Source: Actinomycetes bacterium
Lineage (GTDB): Bacteria > Actinomycetota > Acidimicrobiia > Acidimicrobiales > Bog-793
DNA length: 64,000 nucleotides
Direction: 5' to 3'
Assembly (NCBI GenBank): GCA_021797795.1
Contig: JAJZZB010000002.1
Location: 27,601 to 91,600, forward strand
Shown here: positions 55,406 to 64,000 of the stretch, in pieces
Layout: the number at the start of each line of letters is the position of its first letter
Position numbering within the stretch: position 1 is the first letter of the stretch
Notes under the pieces: generated by a model
What the model was told of the DNA's origin: nothing
What the model saw: only the letters and a program-made list of their open reading frames with translations
Database searches by the model: none
Position numbers and translations under genes: made by a program

Positions 55406-56562
55406 CCGAGACGCGACGGACCCCAGGCTTCGAGACCCTCGCCATCCATGCCGGCCAGGACCCCGATCCGACGACGGGAGCAGTGGTCCCGCCCATCCAC
55501 CTCGCCACCACCTACGCCCAGGACGACGTCGGCAGGCACCGGGGCTTCGAGTACAGCCGGTCGGGCAACCCGACCCGCACCGTCCTCGAGACGGCGCTCG
55601 CCACGCTCGAGGGCGCCGCCTACGGCTTTGCCTTCGCGAGCGGCATGGCCGCCGAGGACGCCGTCCTGCGCACCCTCGCACCGGGGGACCACGTCGTCAT
55701 ACCGAACGACGCCTACGGCGGGACCTACCGCCTCGTCGCTCGCGTCCACCAGGCCCAGGGGATCGCCTTCAACGCCGTCGAGCTCGCCGATGCCTCGGCA
55801 GTGGCCGGATCGATCAGACCCGAGACCCGCCTCGTCTGGGTCGAGACCCCGAGCAACCCGCTCTTGCAGGTGGCCGACTTGGCGACCCTCGCCGAGCTTG
55901 CCCACTCGCGCGAGGCGCTGCTCGTCGTCGACAACACCTTCGCCACGCCCTACCTGCAGCAGCCGCTCTCCCTCGGGGCCGATGTCGTCGTCCATTCGAC
56001 GACGAAGTACCTCGGCGGGCACTCCGACGTGGTCGGGGGGTTCGTCGCCACGGCCGACGAGGCCCTCGCCGAGCGGATCGGCTTCCTCCAGAACGCGACG
56101 GGCGCCGTGCCGAGCCCCTTCGACTGCTACCTGGTGCTCCGCGGGCTGAAGACGCTTGCCGTCCGCCTCGACCGCCAGTGCCAGAGCGCACTCGCCGTCG
56201 CCCGCTTCCTCGAGACCCACGAGCAGGTGGCCCGGGTCCACTACCCCGGCCTCGAGTCTCATCCCGGCCACGATCTTGCCAAGGCCCAGATGCGCGACTT
56301 CGGCGCCATGGTCTCCTTCACGCTGCGGGGCGGGGAGCCGGCCGCCCTCGACGTCGCCGCCTCGACGGGCATCTTCACCCTCGCCGAGTCCCTCGGTGCC
56401 GTCGAGTCGCTCATCGAGCACCCGGCGCGCATGACGCACCTGTCCGCTGCCGGCTCTGCTCTCGAGGTGGACCCGGCCCTCGTCCGCCTCTCGGTCGGCC
56501 TCGAGACCGTAGAAGACCTCCTCGACGACCTCGACCGGGCGCTTCGAGCCAGACGGTCCTAG
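55402..56562 (+). CDS. Cystathionine gamma-lyase/gamma-synthase (Cys/Met metabolism PLP enzyme)
   Basis: TLAIHAGQ, YSRSGNPT, STTKYLGGHSD (PLP Lys). The GTG start overlaps the cbs stop (GTGA). Confidence 0.9.
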   Translation: MTETRRTPGFETLAIHAGQDPDPTTGAVVPPIHLATTYAQDDVGRHRGFEYSRSGNPTRTVLETALATLEGAAYGFAFASGMAAEDAVLRTLAPGDHVVIPNDAYGGTYRLVARVHQAQGIAFNAVELADASAVAGSIRPETRLVWVETPSNPLLQVADLATLAELAHSREALLVVDNTFATPYLQQPLSLGADVVVHSTTKYLGGHSDVVGGFVATADEALAERIGFLQNATGAVPSPFDCYLVLRGLKTLAVRLDRQCQSALAVARFLETHEQVARVHYPGLESHPGHDLAKAQMRDFGAMVSFTLRGGEPAALDVAASTGIFTLAESLGAVESLIEHPARMTHLSAAGSALEVDPALVRLSVGLETVEDLLDDLDRALRARRS

Positions 56563-56746
56563 CGCGGTCCGGCCGGCCGGGAGGAAGCCGCCAGACTCCC
56601 GGCGACCAGGCCGCGCGCCATCGCGGAGCGATCAGGTGCCACGCTCGGTCCCGGCCGGGTGCCGGCGGATCTCCTGGCCGCCATGGAGGCAGCCGGCGGA
56701 GGTGGTTCGTAGGGGGCCGTGGCCGGGTTCCTGTCCTCGAGCGGCC

Positions 56747-57202
56747 TCAGCGGGACTGCCAGGCGCCTCCCGTCCCCAGGAGTGTGGTGACGCCCGCCGG
56801 AAGGGTGTCGGTGACGACCTCGGCGAGCGTGACCTCGTCGAGCACGCTCCGCAGGGCGGCCCGGAGGGCGATCCAGACCTCCTGCAGGTGCTCGGAGGAT
56901 CCGCGGTAGCAGGAATCCTCGGGCCGCTCGTTGCGGACCTCGGCGAGAGGGCCCTCGAGCCGCCGGACCACCTCGCCGAGGGTGACGTCCTCGGCTCGGC
57001 GGGCGAGTCGGTAGCCCCCCTCACTGCCGCGCTGGCTCGAGACGATGCCCACCCGGCGCAGTTCGTTCAAGATGCTGCGGAGGAAGCGAACCGGGATGTC
57101 CTGGTCCTTCGAGATCTCGTCGGCGGTGAGGGGCCCTCCGTCACTTGCCGCCAGCGAGCAGAGAGCCCGACAGGCATAGTCGACCTTGGCCGAGATGTGC
57201 AC
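56747..57202 (-). CDS. Rrf2 family transcriptional regulator (CymR-like, lacks the 3-Cys cluster ligands)
   Basis: VHISAKVDYACRALCSLA...ISKDQDIPVRFLRSILNELRRVGIVSSQRGSEGGYRLAR winged HTH. Only one Cys in the C-terminal half. Confidence 0.8.
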   Translation of the reverse strand: MHISAKVDYACRALCSLAASDGGPLTADEISKDQDIPVRFLRSILNELRRVGIVSSQRGSEGGYRLARRAEDVTLGEVVRRLEGPLAEVRNERPEDSCYRGSSEHLQEVWIALRAALRSVLDEVTLAEVVTDTLPAGVTTLLGTGGAWQSR

Positions 57203-57242
57203 GAGCTGATCTCCTGTCTGGCCCGCACTCTCGGCGGGACGG

Positions 57243-57734
57243 TCACTCTTCGACGAGCATCTGAGAGTCGACCATCTCGAGGTAGTTCGTCCACGCCGAG
57301 CGGACGCCTTCACGATGTGCGTCGAGCTCACCGTCGACCGCTGCGCGGTAGGCGTTCCTCGCATCGTTGACCGACCGCAGGTAGTCCTCACGGGCGATGG
57401 CCATGCTCTCGTTGTACTGCTTTCGTATCTGAGCCGCCGTCTCGTTGTAGGTTGCTCTTGCCTGCGCCACCACGTCCCGGCGCATCGTGGAAGGGGCGTT
57501 CGCCACGGCCTGTTTGTAGAGCGCCCAGGCCTCGTCGATCGCCTTTCCGTGGGCGTCCTCGGCGGCCGCCTGAGCGGTGTCGTAGGAGCCCCGGGGAGCC
57601 TCGAGCGAATTCTCATAGGACGCCCACGCCCGCTCCACGGCCTCGCGGTAGACCTCCCAGGCGTCGTCGATGATGCCGAGGTACTGGTTGCGGGCCTCCA
57701 GATCTGCCGCTCTCGTGTCAGCGTCCCTTGGCAT
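57243..57734 (-). CDS. Helical-repeat protein of unknown function
   Basis: ATG 57734 after GAGGAAGGGGAG. 163 aa with recurrent A-x-x-x-Y/W motifs (AWEVYREAVERAWASY, AWALYKQA, ARATYNE, IRKQYNE, AREDYLR, ARNAYRA). Confidence 0.55.
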   Translation of the reverse strand: MPRDADTRAADLEARNQYLGIIDDAWEVYREAVERAWASYENSLEAPRGSYDTAQAAAEDAHGKAIDEAWALYKQAVANAPSTMRRDVVAQARATYNETAAQIRKQYNESMAIAREDYLRSVNDARNAYRAAVDGELDAHREGVRSAWTNYLEMVDSQMLVEE

Positions 57735-57888
57735 CTGCTCCCCTTCCTCGCCCCGGCAGAACGCTACCGCGGCGCCACCAGCTCGACACAGTGCAGGGAC
57801 GAGATGCCGGGGTCGGACCACTGACAGCGGTGATCGCGTCACTCACTGCGCGCAATGCTACCCCGGCGCCGAATCGCGTGGAGAGCCG

Positions 57889-59724
57889 TCACGAGGAGCC
57901 GGCGCCGCCGAGCGCCCGCCGGCTCTCGGCGAGGGCCGCCCGGGCGACCGACCGACCGCCGGCCGAGCGCCTGAGCAGGCGGCCCCGGGCCGCTTCGACG
58001 GCGGCGAGGTAGGGGGAGGGCTCGCGCTCGCTCGCCCGCTCCGAGCCGAAGCGCCTCCTCGTGGCATACGAGCAGTGCAACTCCTCCTCCGCCCGGGTGC
58101 AGGCCACGTACAGGAGCCGTCGCTCCTCGGCGAGGGCGTCGGCGTCGCGGGCGTGGGCGATCGGGACGAGACCGTCCTCGAGGCCGGTCAGGAAGACGAC
58201 CGGCCACTCGAGTCCCTTCGCCCTGTGGAAGGTCGACAGCTCGACTGCGTCCATCCCGCCGGCCGGACCGAGGGAGCGGGCGCTGGTGGCGGCGAACGAG
58301 CGGAACCCTGCTCCCGTCGCGACGGCGTCGGTCCCGAGGTACTCCTCGACGAGCACGCCGAGCTCACGCAGGTCCGATGCCACCGCCTCTGCGTCTTGGC
58401 CCGCCGAGCCGTCGGGCACCGTCGTACCGGTGAGATCCTTGGCGAGGCCGGCGAGCGCAGTGGCGCCATCGGCGTGCTCGAGCTCCGACATAGCGGCGGC
58501 GACGTGCGGACGGCGGAAGAAGCCCGCCTCGGCAGTGACCCGGCAGGGGACGCCGAGAGCGGCGAATGCGTCCTCGAAGGCCCGTAGCTGGGCGTTGGTG
58601 CGGGAAAGGACGGCGATCTGGGACCACCGCCGCCCCGGGCGGTGCGCAACCCTCACGCGCTCGGCGACGCCGGCGGCCTCCTCCCGATCGGTCGTGTACG
58701 CCGTGAGGGTGGGCACCGGACCCTCGGGGAGCGGCCCGCCGGCCGGAGCCGGCTGCGTACCCTCGAGCACCGAGGCTGCCACCTCGAGGATCTCGGCGGT
58801 CGAGCGGTAGTTCGTGCCCAGCCGGATGGTGACGGCACCAGGGAAGTCCTGCGAGAAGCGCGAGATGGCACGGGGATCGGCGCCGTTCCAGCCGTAGATC
58901 GCCTGGTCGGGGTCGCCCACGACGCAGACGTCCTCGTTACCGGCGCACCAGGCTCTCAAGAGAGCCAGCTGGGCCGAGTTGACGTCCTGGTACTCGTCGA
59001 CGAAGACATGGCGGAACCGCCACCTCGCCGAGGCGGCGAACTCGTGGTCGGCCCCGAGCTCGGCGGCGCAGACCGTGAGGAGGTCCTCGAAGTCGAGCAG
59101 TCGCCGCCTGCGGCGCTCTCGCTCGTAGCTGTCGAACCACTCCGCCACCTCGGCGTGCGAGAGCGCCGGCTTCCGCCCGGCGGTCTCGGCGGCCCGCGGG
59201 TAGGCGTCCGGAGCGACGAGCCGGGACTTGGCCCATTCGATCTCGGCCGCGATCTCGTGGACCGGGAGCCCGTCGCCTGCCGCAGCGGGGCGTCCCCGGC
59301 GGTTCCGGGTCGTGGCCGGAGGAGCGTGCCTCGCCGCCGCCACGGCGTGCAGGAGCCGGGCCTTCGAGGGAAGGATGACCGGGGGGGCGAGGTGGCGCTC
59401 GGCGGCGAGCCGGCGCAGCTCGGCGAGGGCGACGGCATGGAAGGTGCCGGCCGTCACGGGCTCGGGCAGCCCGAGGCCGCCGAGGCGGCCCCGCAGCTCG
59501 GCGGCGGCCTTGCGGGTGAAGGTGAGCGCGAGGACGTGAGGGGCGAGCGCCGACGCGTCGAGGACCCGCCAGGCGATCCGCCTCGTCAGCACCCTCGTCT
59601 TGCCCGAGCCCGCTCCCGCCAGGATGCACAGCGGGCTGTGGGCCGTCGTGATGGCCTCGATCTGCTCACGGTCGCAGCCGGCGAGGAGGTCGTCGGGCCG
59701 AAGAGGTCGTCGGGAGGGCGCCAC
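57889..59724 (-). CDS. UvrD/PcrA-family (SF1) ATP-dependent DNA helicase, short form (611 aa)
   Basis: Walker A AGAGSGKT, DEYQDVN (motif II), TFHRAKGLEWP, YVACTRA. Confidence 0.9.
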   Translation of the reverse strand: MAPSRRPLRPDDLLAGCDREQIEAITTAHSPLCILAGAGSGKTRVLTRRIAWRVLDASALAPHVLALTFTRKAAAELRGRLGGLGLPEPVTAGTFHAVALAELRRLAAERHLAPPVILPSKARLLHAVAAARHAPPATTRNRRGRPAAAGDGLPVHEIAAEIEWAKSRLVAPDAYPRAAETAGRKPALSHAEVAEWFDSYERERRRRRLLDFEDLLTVCAAELGADHEFAASARWRFRHVFVDEYQDVNSAQLALLRAWCAGNEDVCVVGDPDQAIYGWNGADPRAISRFSQDFPGAVTIRLGTNYRSTAEILEVAASVLEGTQPAPAGGPLPEGPVPTLTAYTTDREEAAGVAERVRVAHRPGRRWSQIAVLSRTNAQLRAFEDAFAALGVPCRVTAEAGFFRRPHVAAAMSELEHADGATALAGLAKDLTGTTVPDGSAGQDAEAVASDLRELGVLVEEYLGTDAVATGAGFRSFAATSARSLGPAGGMDAVELSTFHRAKGLEWPVVFLTGLEDGLVPIAHARDADALAEERRLLYVACTRAEEELHCSYATRRRFGSERASEREPSPYLAAVEAARGRLLRRSAGGRSVARAALAESRRALGGAGSS

Positions 59725-59768
59725 GCGCCAGCACCGTAGCGGAGGCGGCCCGGGGCGGGTCGCCGGGT

Positions 59769-60647
59769 ATGGTGCTCGCCGTGCTGACGTCCTTCGACGG
59801 TGGCCGACTCTTCGGCCAGGTTCACGGATCGGGCGCCCCTGCCGCCGTCGCCCTGCACGGGTGGAGGCGGGACCACCGGGACTTCGATCTCGTCCTCGGC
59901 GGCGGGGCTGCCCGGAGCGGGCTGCTTAGCGCCGCGGTCACCCCCGAGATCGCGAGGTCGGCCGACGACAGCCCGCTCGCCGACGGCCCGCTGCCCTCGA
60001 TCGCGCTCGACCTCCCCGGCTTCGGGGGCACCCCGGCCCCCGAGCGCGCCTGGGGCTCGCCCGAGTACGGCGAAGCCGTCGGTCGCCTGCTCGACCAGCT
60101 CGACCAACCTGTGGTCCTCGTCGGCCACTCCTTCGGAGGGCGGGTCGCCGTCCAGGTGGCGGCCGCCCGGCCCGACGCGGTCCGTGGGCTCGTGCTCACG
60201 GGCGCTCCCTTGTTCCCCGCCCCAGGCGCCGCCCGGAGGCGGCGGCCCCCGGCGCGCTATCGCCTCGCCCGCGCCCTCGCCCGGAGCGGCCTTGTCGGCG
60301 AGGAGCGGCTCGAGGCGCTCCGCCAGCGCTACGGATCGCCCGACTACCGGGCGGCCACCGGCGTGATGCGCGAGGTGCTCGTGAAGTCGATCGCCGAGGA
60401 GCGCGAGGAGGCCTACTCGGTCCCACTCGGGGCCGTCACTGTCCCGGTCGAGCTCGTGTGGGGCGAGCTCGACACCGCCGCGCCTCCCTCGGTGGCCGAA
60501 CGGATCGCTGCCCAACTCCTGGCGCCGTTCGAGCTCAGCGTGCTCCCGGGGGTCGGTCACCTGACCCCGCTCGTCGTCCCCGGACGCCTGCGCCAGGTGA
60601 TCGAGCGCCTCCTCGCAGGCTCGTCCGGTCGGGCCGAGGGCTTGTGA
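59769..60647 (+). CDS. Alpha/beta-fold hydrolase
   Basis: HGWRRDH, nucleophile elbow GHSFGG, C-terminal GVGHL His motif. Confidence 0.8.
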   Translation: MVLAVLTSFDGGRLFGQVHGSGAPAAVALHGWRRDHRDFDLVLGGGAARSGLLSAAVTPEIARSADDSPLADGPLPSIALDLPGFGGTPAPERAWGSPEYGEAVGRLLDQLDQPVVLVGHSFGGRVAVQVAAARPDAVRGLVLTGAPLFPAPGAARRRRPPARYRLARALARSGLVGEERLEALRQRYGSPDYRAATGVMREVLVKSIAEEREEAYSVPLGAVTVPVELVWGELDTAAPPSVAERIAAQLLAPFELSVLPGVGHLTPLVVPGRLRQVIERLLAGSSGRAEGL

Positions 60648-62209
60648 CCGCTCTCGACGCCGTCGTCCTCCTCCTCACCGCGGCGGGTGCGGCCACCGGC
60701 ACCCTGCGCTGGCTCCGGGTCGCCCAGCGGGAGCACTACCTCGCCGGCGAGTCGAGCCGCTTCGCATGGCGGTGGTGGAGCCAGGCGCCCGACGACCGGC
60801 TCCTCGGCCTCGCCGGGATCGCCGCTGCGCTCGTCTCGTCGTTCTTCCCGCCCGTCGCCGTGGTGGCTGGCGCCGTCGCGGCCGGTGCGCCGCGGCGCCT
60901 CGGATTACGGGGCCGGACCGGCCGGCTCGCCTGGACGCGGCGCCTCACGACAGTGGCGGTGGTGGCCTACGCCCTCGAGGCGGCCGCCGTCACCCTCGGC
61001 GGCATCGGGGCAGGCCTCGCCGGCGCAGCCCTCGCCGCTGCGCTCGTCGCCATGCTCGCTCCGCTCGCAGTCGACGGCGGGCTCGTGCTCACCCGACCGG
61101 TCGAGGAGATGCTCGCCCGGCGCTTCGTTGAGCGGGCGCGCGCCCGGCTCGAACGGATCGCGCCGCTCACGATCGCCATCACCGGCTCGTACGGCAAGAC
61201 GACGGTGAAGGGCTACATCGCCCATCTCGTCCGCGGTCACAAGACGACGCTGCCGAGCCCGAAGAGCTTCAACAACCGTGCGGGCCTCGCCCGGACGGTG
61301 AACGAGCTCCTCGGACCGGCGACCGAGGTCTTCGTCGCCGAGATGGGCACCTACGGCCCGGGCGAGATCGCCGCTATGTGCTCCTGGGTCCGTCCCGAGA
61401 TCTCCGTCCTCACAGCGATCGGCCCGGCCCATCTCGAGCGCTTCAAGAGCCTCGACCGCACGCTGGCGGCCAAGTCGGAGATCACCGAGACCGCCCGGGT
61501 CGTCGTCGTGAACGCCGACGACGAGCGTCTCTGTGGGCTGGCGCGGGTGCTCTCGGGCTCGGGTCGCAAGGTCATCGCGGCCTCGGGAGCGAGCGAGGTG
61601 GCCGACGTCGCCGTGCTGGCCGTCCCGGAGGGCCTGGAGATGAAGGTGGCGGGACGCCGCGTCGGCGTCGCTTCCCTGGCGCCGGGCGAGGCCCCGACCG
61701 CCCTCAGCAACGCCGCCGTGGCGGCGGCCGTCGCCATGGAGCTCGGCGTGCCGCCCGAGGAGGTGCTCGCCCGCCTCGCCAGCCTCCCGGTCCCGGCCAA
61801 CCGCCTCCAGCGCTACGTCGCGGACGGCGGCTACGTCGTGCTCGACGACACCTTCAACTCCAACCCGACGGGAGCCCGCCTGGCGCTCTCGCGGTTGAGG
61901 GACGACCCCGGCGTGAGCCCCTCGGGGCGGCGGGTGGTCGTCACCCCGGGCATGGTGGAGCTCGGTCCGATCCAGCGGGAGGAGAACGAGGCCCTCGGCG
62001 AGGCGGCGGCCCGCCTGGCCGACTGGGTCGTCATCGTCGCCCGCACGAACCGGGCGGCGCTCGCCGAGGGGGCGGCGAGGGCCGGCGAGAGCGGGGCGGC
62101 TGTGCTCACCCTCGACCGGCTCGATCAGGCGCTCGAGTGGGTCCGCGCCAACCTCGGGCCCGGCGACGCCGTCCTGTACGAGAACGACCTCCCGGACCAC
62201 TATCCGTGA
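60644..62209 (+). CDS. Mur ligase family protein (MurF-like central and C-terminal domains) with hydrophobic N-terminal region of about 150 aa
   Basis: GTG 60644 overlaps the upstream stop (GTGA). P-loop ITGSYGKTT near aa 180, EMGTYGPGE, DDTFNSNP. Residues 1-150 form 3-4 TM-like segments. Confidence 0.8.
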   Translation: MTALDAVVLLLTAAGAATGTLRWLRVAQREHYLAGESSRFAWRWWSQAPDDRLLGLAGIAAALVSSFFPPVAVVAGAVAAGAPRRLGLRGRTGRLAWTRRLTTVAVVAYALEAAAVTLGGIGAGLAGAALAAALVAMLAPLAVDGGLVLTRPVEEMLARRFVERARARLERIAPLTIAITGSYGKTTVKGYIAHLVRGHKTTLPSPKSFNNRAGLARTVNELLGPATEVFVAEMGTYGPGEIAAMCSWVRPEISVLTAIGPAHLERFKSLDRTLAAKSEITETARVVVVNADDERLCGLARVLSGSGRKVIAASGASEVADVAVLAVPEGLEMKVAGRRVGVASLAPGEAPTALSNAAVAAAVAMELGVPPEEVLARLASLPVPANRLQRYVADGGYVVLDDTFNSNPTGARLALSRLRDDPGVSPSGRRVVVTPGMVELGPIQREENEALGEAAARLADWVVIVARTNRAALAEGAARAGESGAAVLTLDRLDQALEWVRANLGPGDAVLYENDLPDHYP

Positions 62210-62284
62210 GGCGAGCGGACGGCTCGGGCCCCGGTGCGTCCGTTCGTACTCGGCAGTCCTGCGACAGATAAGGTGGGCGCCGCC

Positions 62285-63493
62285 ATGAGACGGTCCCATC
62301 GTGGCCTTTCGTTCGATGATCGGGGGGCACTCGGCATAACCGGCGCCATCGGCCTTCGGGCCGGCGGCGCCCCCGCGCGGGTGGGCGTGATCTACGGCGG
62401 CCCGTCGCCGGAGCATGACGTCTCCATCCTGACCGGCCTGCAGGCGGCGAGAGGGCTGCGCGGGGCGCCGAGCATCGGGGAGATCCACTCGCTGTATTGG
62501 ACCAAGACCGGCGAGTGGTTCGAGGCGCCGAACGGGCGGGAGGCGGGCGACTACGTCGACGGACCGCCGAACGGCTCGACGCCCCTGCGTCTCCTGGCGG
62601 GGGTCGACGGTGGGTTCGTAGCGAAAAAGGGCGGACGGTTCAGCTCCAAGGAGGAACCGCTCGAACTGGACGCGGTCATCATCTGCTGTCACGGCGGCCC
62701 GGGAGAGGACGGCACCCTCCAAGGTGTCCTCGACCTCTGCAAGCTGCCCTACACCGGCCCCACGCTCGCCGGGGCGCTCATCGGCATGGACAAGCTCGCC
62801 TTCTCGGCGCTCATGGCGACGGCGTTCCTCCCGATGCTGACTCGGGTCCCGCTCTACGACGGGTCGTCCGCGCCGGGACTTCCCGGCCCCTACATCATCA
62901 AGCCGCGCTTTGGCGGATCCTCGATCGGCATCGAGGTGGTGTCGGACCACGAGTCAGCCCTCGCCCGGCTGAGGGTCAACCCGCACCTGAAGCGGGGTGC
63001 GGTGCTCGAGCCCTACCAGCCCGATCTCTACGACCTTCAGGTCGCGGTCCGCACGTGGCCGGAGGTGCAGCTCTCCGCCATCGAGAAGCCGCTTCGGACC
63101 CGAGCGGACGGGGAGATCCTCGCCTACAGCGACAAGTACGTCGGGGCCGAGGGCATGACCACGGCGCCCCGGGAGCTGCCCGCTCGCATCGACCCCGAGA
63201 TCGAGCGCCAGATCCGCACCGTCGCTCCCGAGGTGGCGATGCTCTGCGGCGTGAGGGGTGTCGCCCGGATCGACTTCCTCTCCGACGGCGATGCCATCTA
63301 CGTGAACGAGATCAACACCATCCCCGGCTCGCTCGGCCGCCACCTGTGGATCGACCCGCCCGTGCCCTTCCCGGCGCTCCTGCTCGAGTTGCTCGGCGAG
63401 GCGATCGGCCGGCCGTCGGTCAGTTTCTCGACCGCCGGGGCCGACGGGTCGGTGCTGCGAGGGGCCGGTTCCATCGGGGGCAAGCTCGCCTAG
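62285..63493 (+). CDS. ddl: D-alanine--D-alanine ligase family ATP-grasp protein
   Basis: VGVIYGGPSPEHDVS, HGGPGEDGTLQG, KPRFGGSSIG, ARIDFL...YVNEINTIPG. ATG 62285 follows AAGGTGG. GTG 62381 is an alternative start. Confidence 0.8.
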   Translation: MRRSHRGLSFDDRGALGITGAIGLRAGGAPARVGVIYGGPSPEHDVSILTGLQAARGLRGAPSIGEIHSLYWTKTGEWFEAPNGREAGDYVDGPPNGSTPLRLLAGVDGGFVAKKGGRFSSKEEPLELDAVIICCHGGPGEDGTLQGVLDLCKLPYTGPTLAGALIGMDKLAFSALMATAFLPMLTRVPLYDGSSAPGLPGPYIIKPRFGGSSIGIEVVSDHESALARLRVNPHLKRGAVLEPYQPDLYDLQVAVRTWPEVQLSAIEKPLRTRADGEILAYSDKYVGAEGMTTAPRELPARIDPEIERQIRTVAPEVAMLCGVRGVARIDFLSDGDAIYVNEINTIPGSLGRHLWIDPPVPFPALLLELLGEAIGRPSVSFSTAGADGSVLRGAGSIGGKLA

Positions 63494-63506
63494 GAAGGGC
63501 GACGTC

Positions 63507-64000
63507 ATGCCCTTTCCTTCCAAGCTGCTCATCCCCGGCGAGGAGATCGTCGTCGAGAGCCACCCGAATTGGTCGGTGCTCGTCCCGCCGGTGGCCGCCT
63601 TCGTCCTCGTCCTCGGGGCGTGCGTCGCCATCGCGGTCGCGTGGAGCTCGGCCCCGATCTGGGTCCTCTACGTCTTCGCCGCCGTGGCGACCGTCGGCGC
63701 CCTCCTCCTCGCTGCCCGGGTCGTCTCCCACCGCTCGAAGCTCCTCGTGATCACGACCTCGAGAGTGATCTACCGGTCGGGAGTCCTCCACCGGACCGGT
63801 CGGGAGATCCCGCTCGACCGCATTCAGGACGTCACCTACCACCAGAACCTGATCGAGCGCCTGGCGAGGGCCGGAAGCCTCACGATCGAGTCGGCGGGTG
63901 CGGCGGGCCAGGAGCCCTTCCCCGACATCCGCCGGCCCGCCGAGATGCAGTCGCTCATCAACCAGCTCGTGAGCGGCGACCGCGGTCGTTTCCGGGCGCC
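63507..64000 (+). CDS. Membrane-anchored bacterial PH-domain (DUF304/YdbT-like) protein, 3' end outside the window
   Basis: My own translation from ATG 63507: two TM segments, then VITTSRVIYRSGVLHRTGREIPLDRIQDVTYHQNLIERLARAGSLTIESAG. No stop before base 64000. Confidence 0.7.
   Translation, partial: MPFPSKLLIPGEEIVVESHPNWSVLVPPVAAFVLVLGACVAIAVAWSSAPIWVLYVFAAVATVGALLLAARVVSHRSKLLVITTSRVIYRSGVLHRTGREIPLDRIQDVTYHQNLIERLARAGSLTIESAGAAGQEPFPDIRRPAEMQSLINQLVSGDRGRFRA

Overview
Very GC-rich bacterial chromosomal segment. Gene content and order look like Actinomycetota (inference): smpB-ssrA, mec-cysO-cysM-murI-rph-rdgB, a class II ribonucleotide reductase (nrdJ) with an NrdR box, and cbs plus a cystathionine gamma-lyase/synthase. 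I can support about 62 protein-coding genes (start codons often uncertain by a few codons), one tmRNA and three tRNAs (His-GTG, Lys-CTT, Arg-TCT). There is also one complete IS5/IS1182-like insertion sequence with a frameshifted transposase, an IS630-like relic and one disrupted polytopic membrane-protein gene. Many of the longest ORFs in the six-frame track are antisense shadow ORFs typical of high-GC DNA and were not called. Most of the window is housekeeping: cysteine and transsulfuration metabolism, nucleobase salvage, cell-wall enzymes and central metabolism. No CRISPR array, rRNA or recognisable defence system was seen. The items most worth follow-up are these. (1) A methyltransferase / C-terminally extended Asn-synthase-like amidotransferase / reduced-SPASM radical SAM / DinB locus (4.1-9.7 kb) with no identifiable substrate gene. 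(2) A tRNA-bracketed variable region (47.5-52.2 kb) holding pseudogenes, an IS relic, an orphan non-phosphorylatable STAS protein and a charged protein built on perfect 42-bp tandem repeats. (3) A MurF-like ligase whose N-terminal domain is replaced by transmembrane helices, coupled to a long Ddl-like ATP-grasp protein. (4) An IS inserted exactly on the glpK stop codon. (5) Two roughly 0.9-kb stretches with no assignable gene, one beside ssrA and one after nrdJ. All calls come from reading the sequence and translations by eye; no database search was run.
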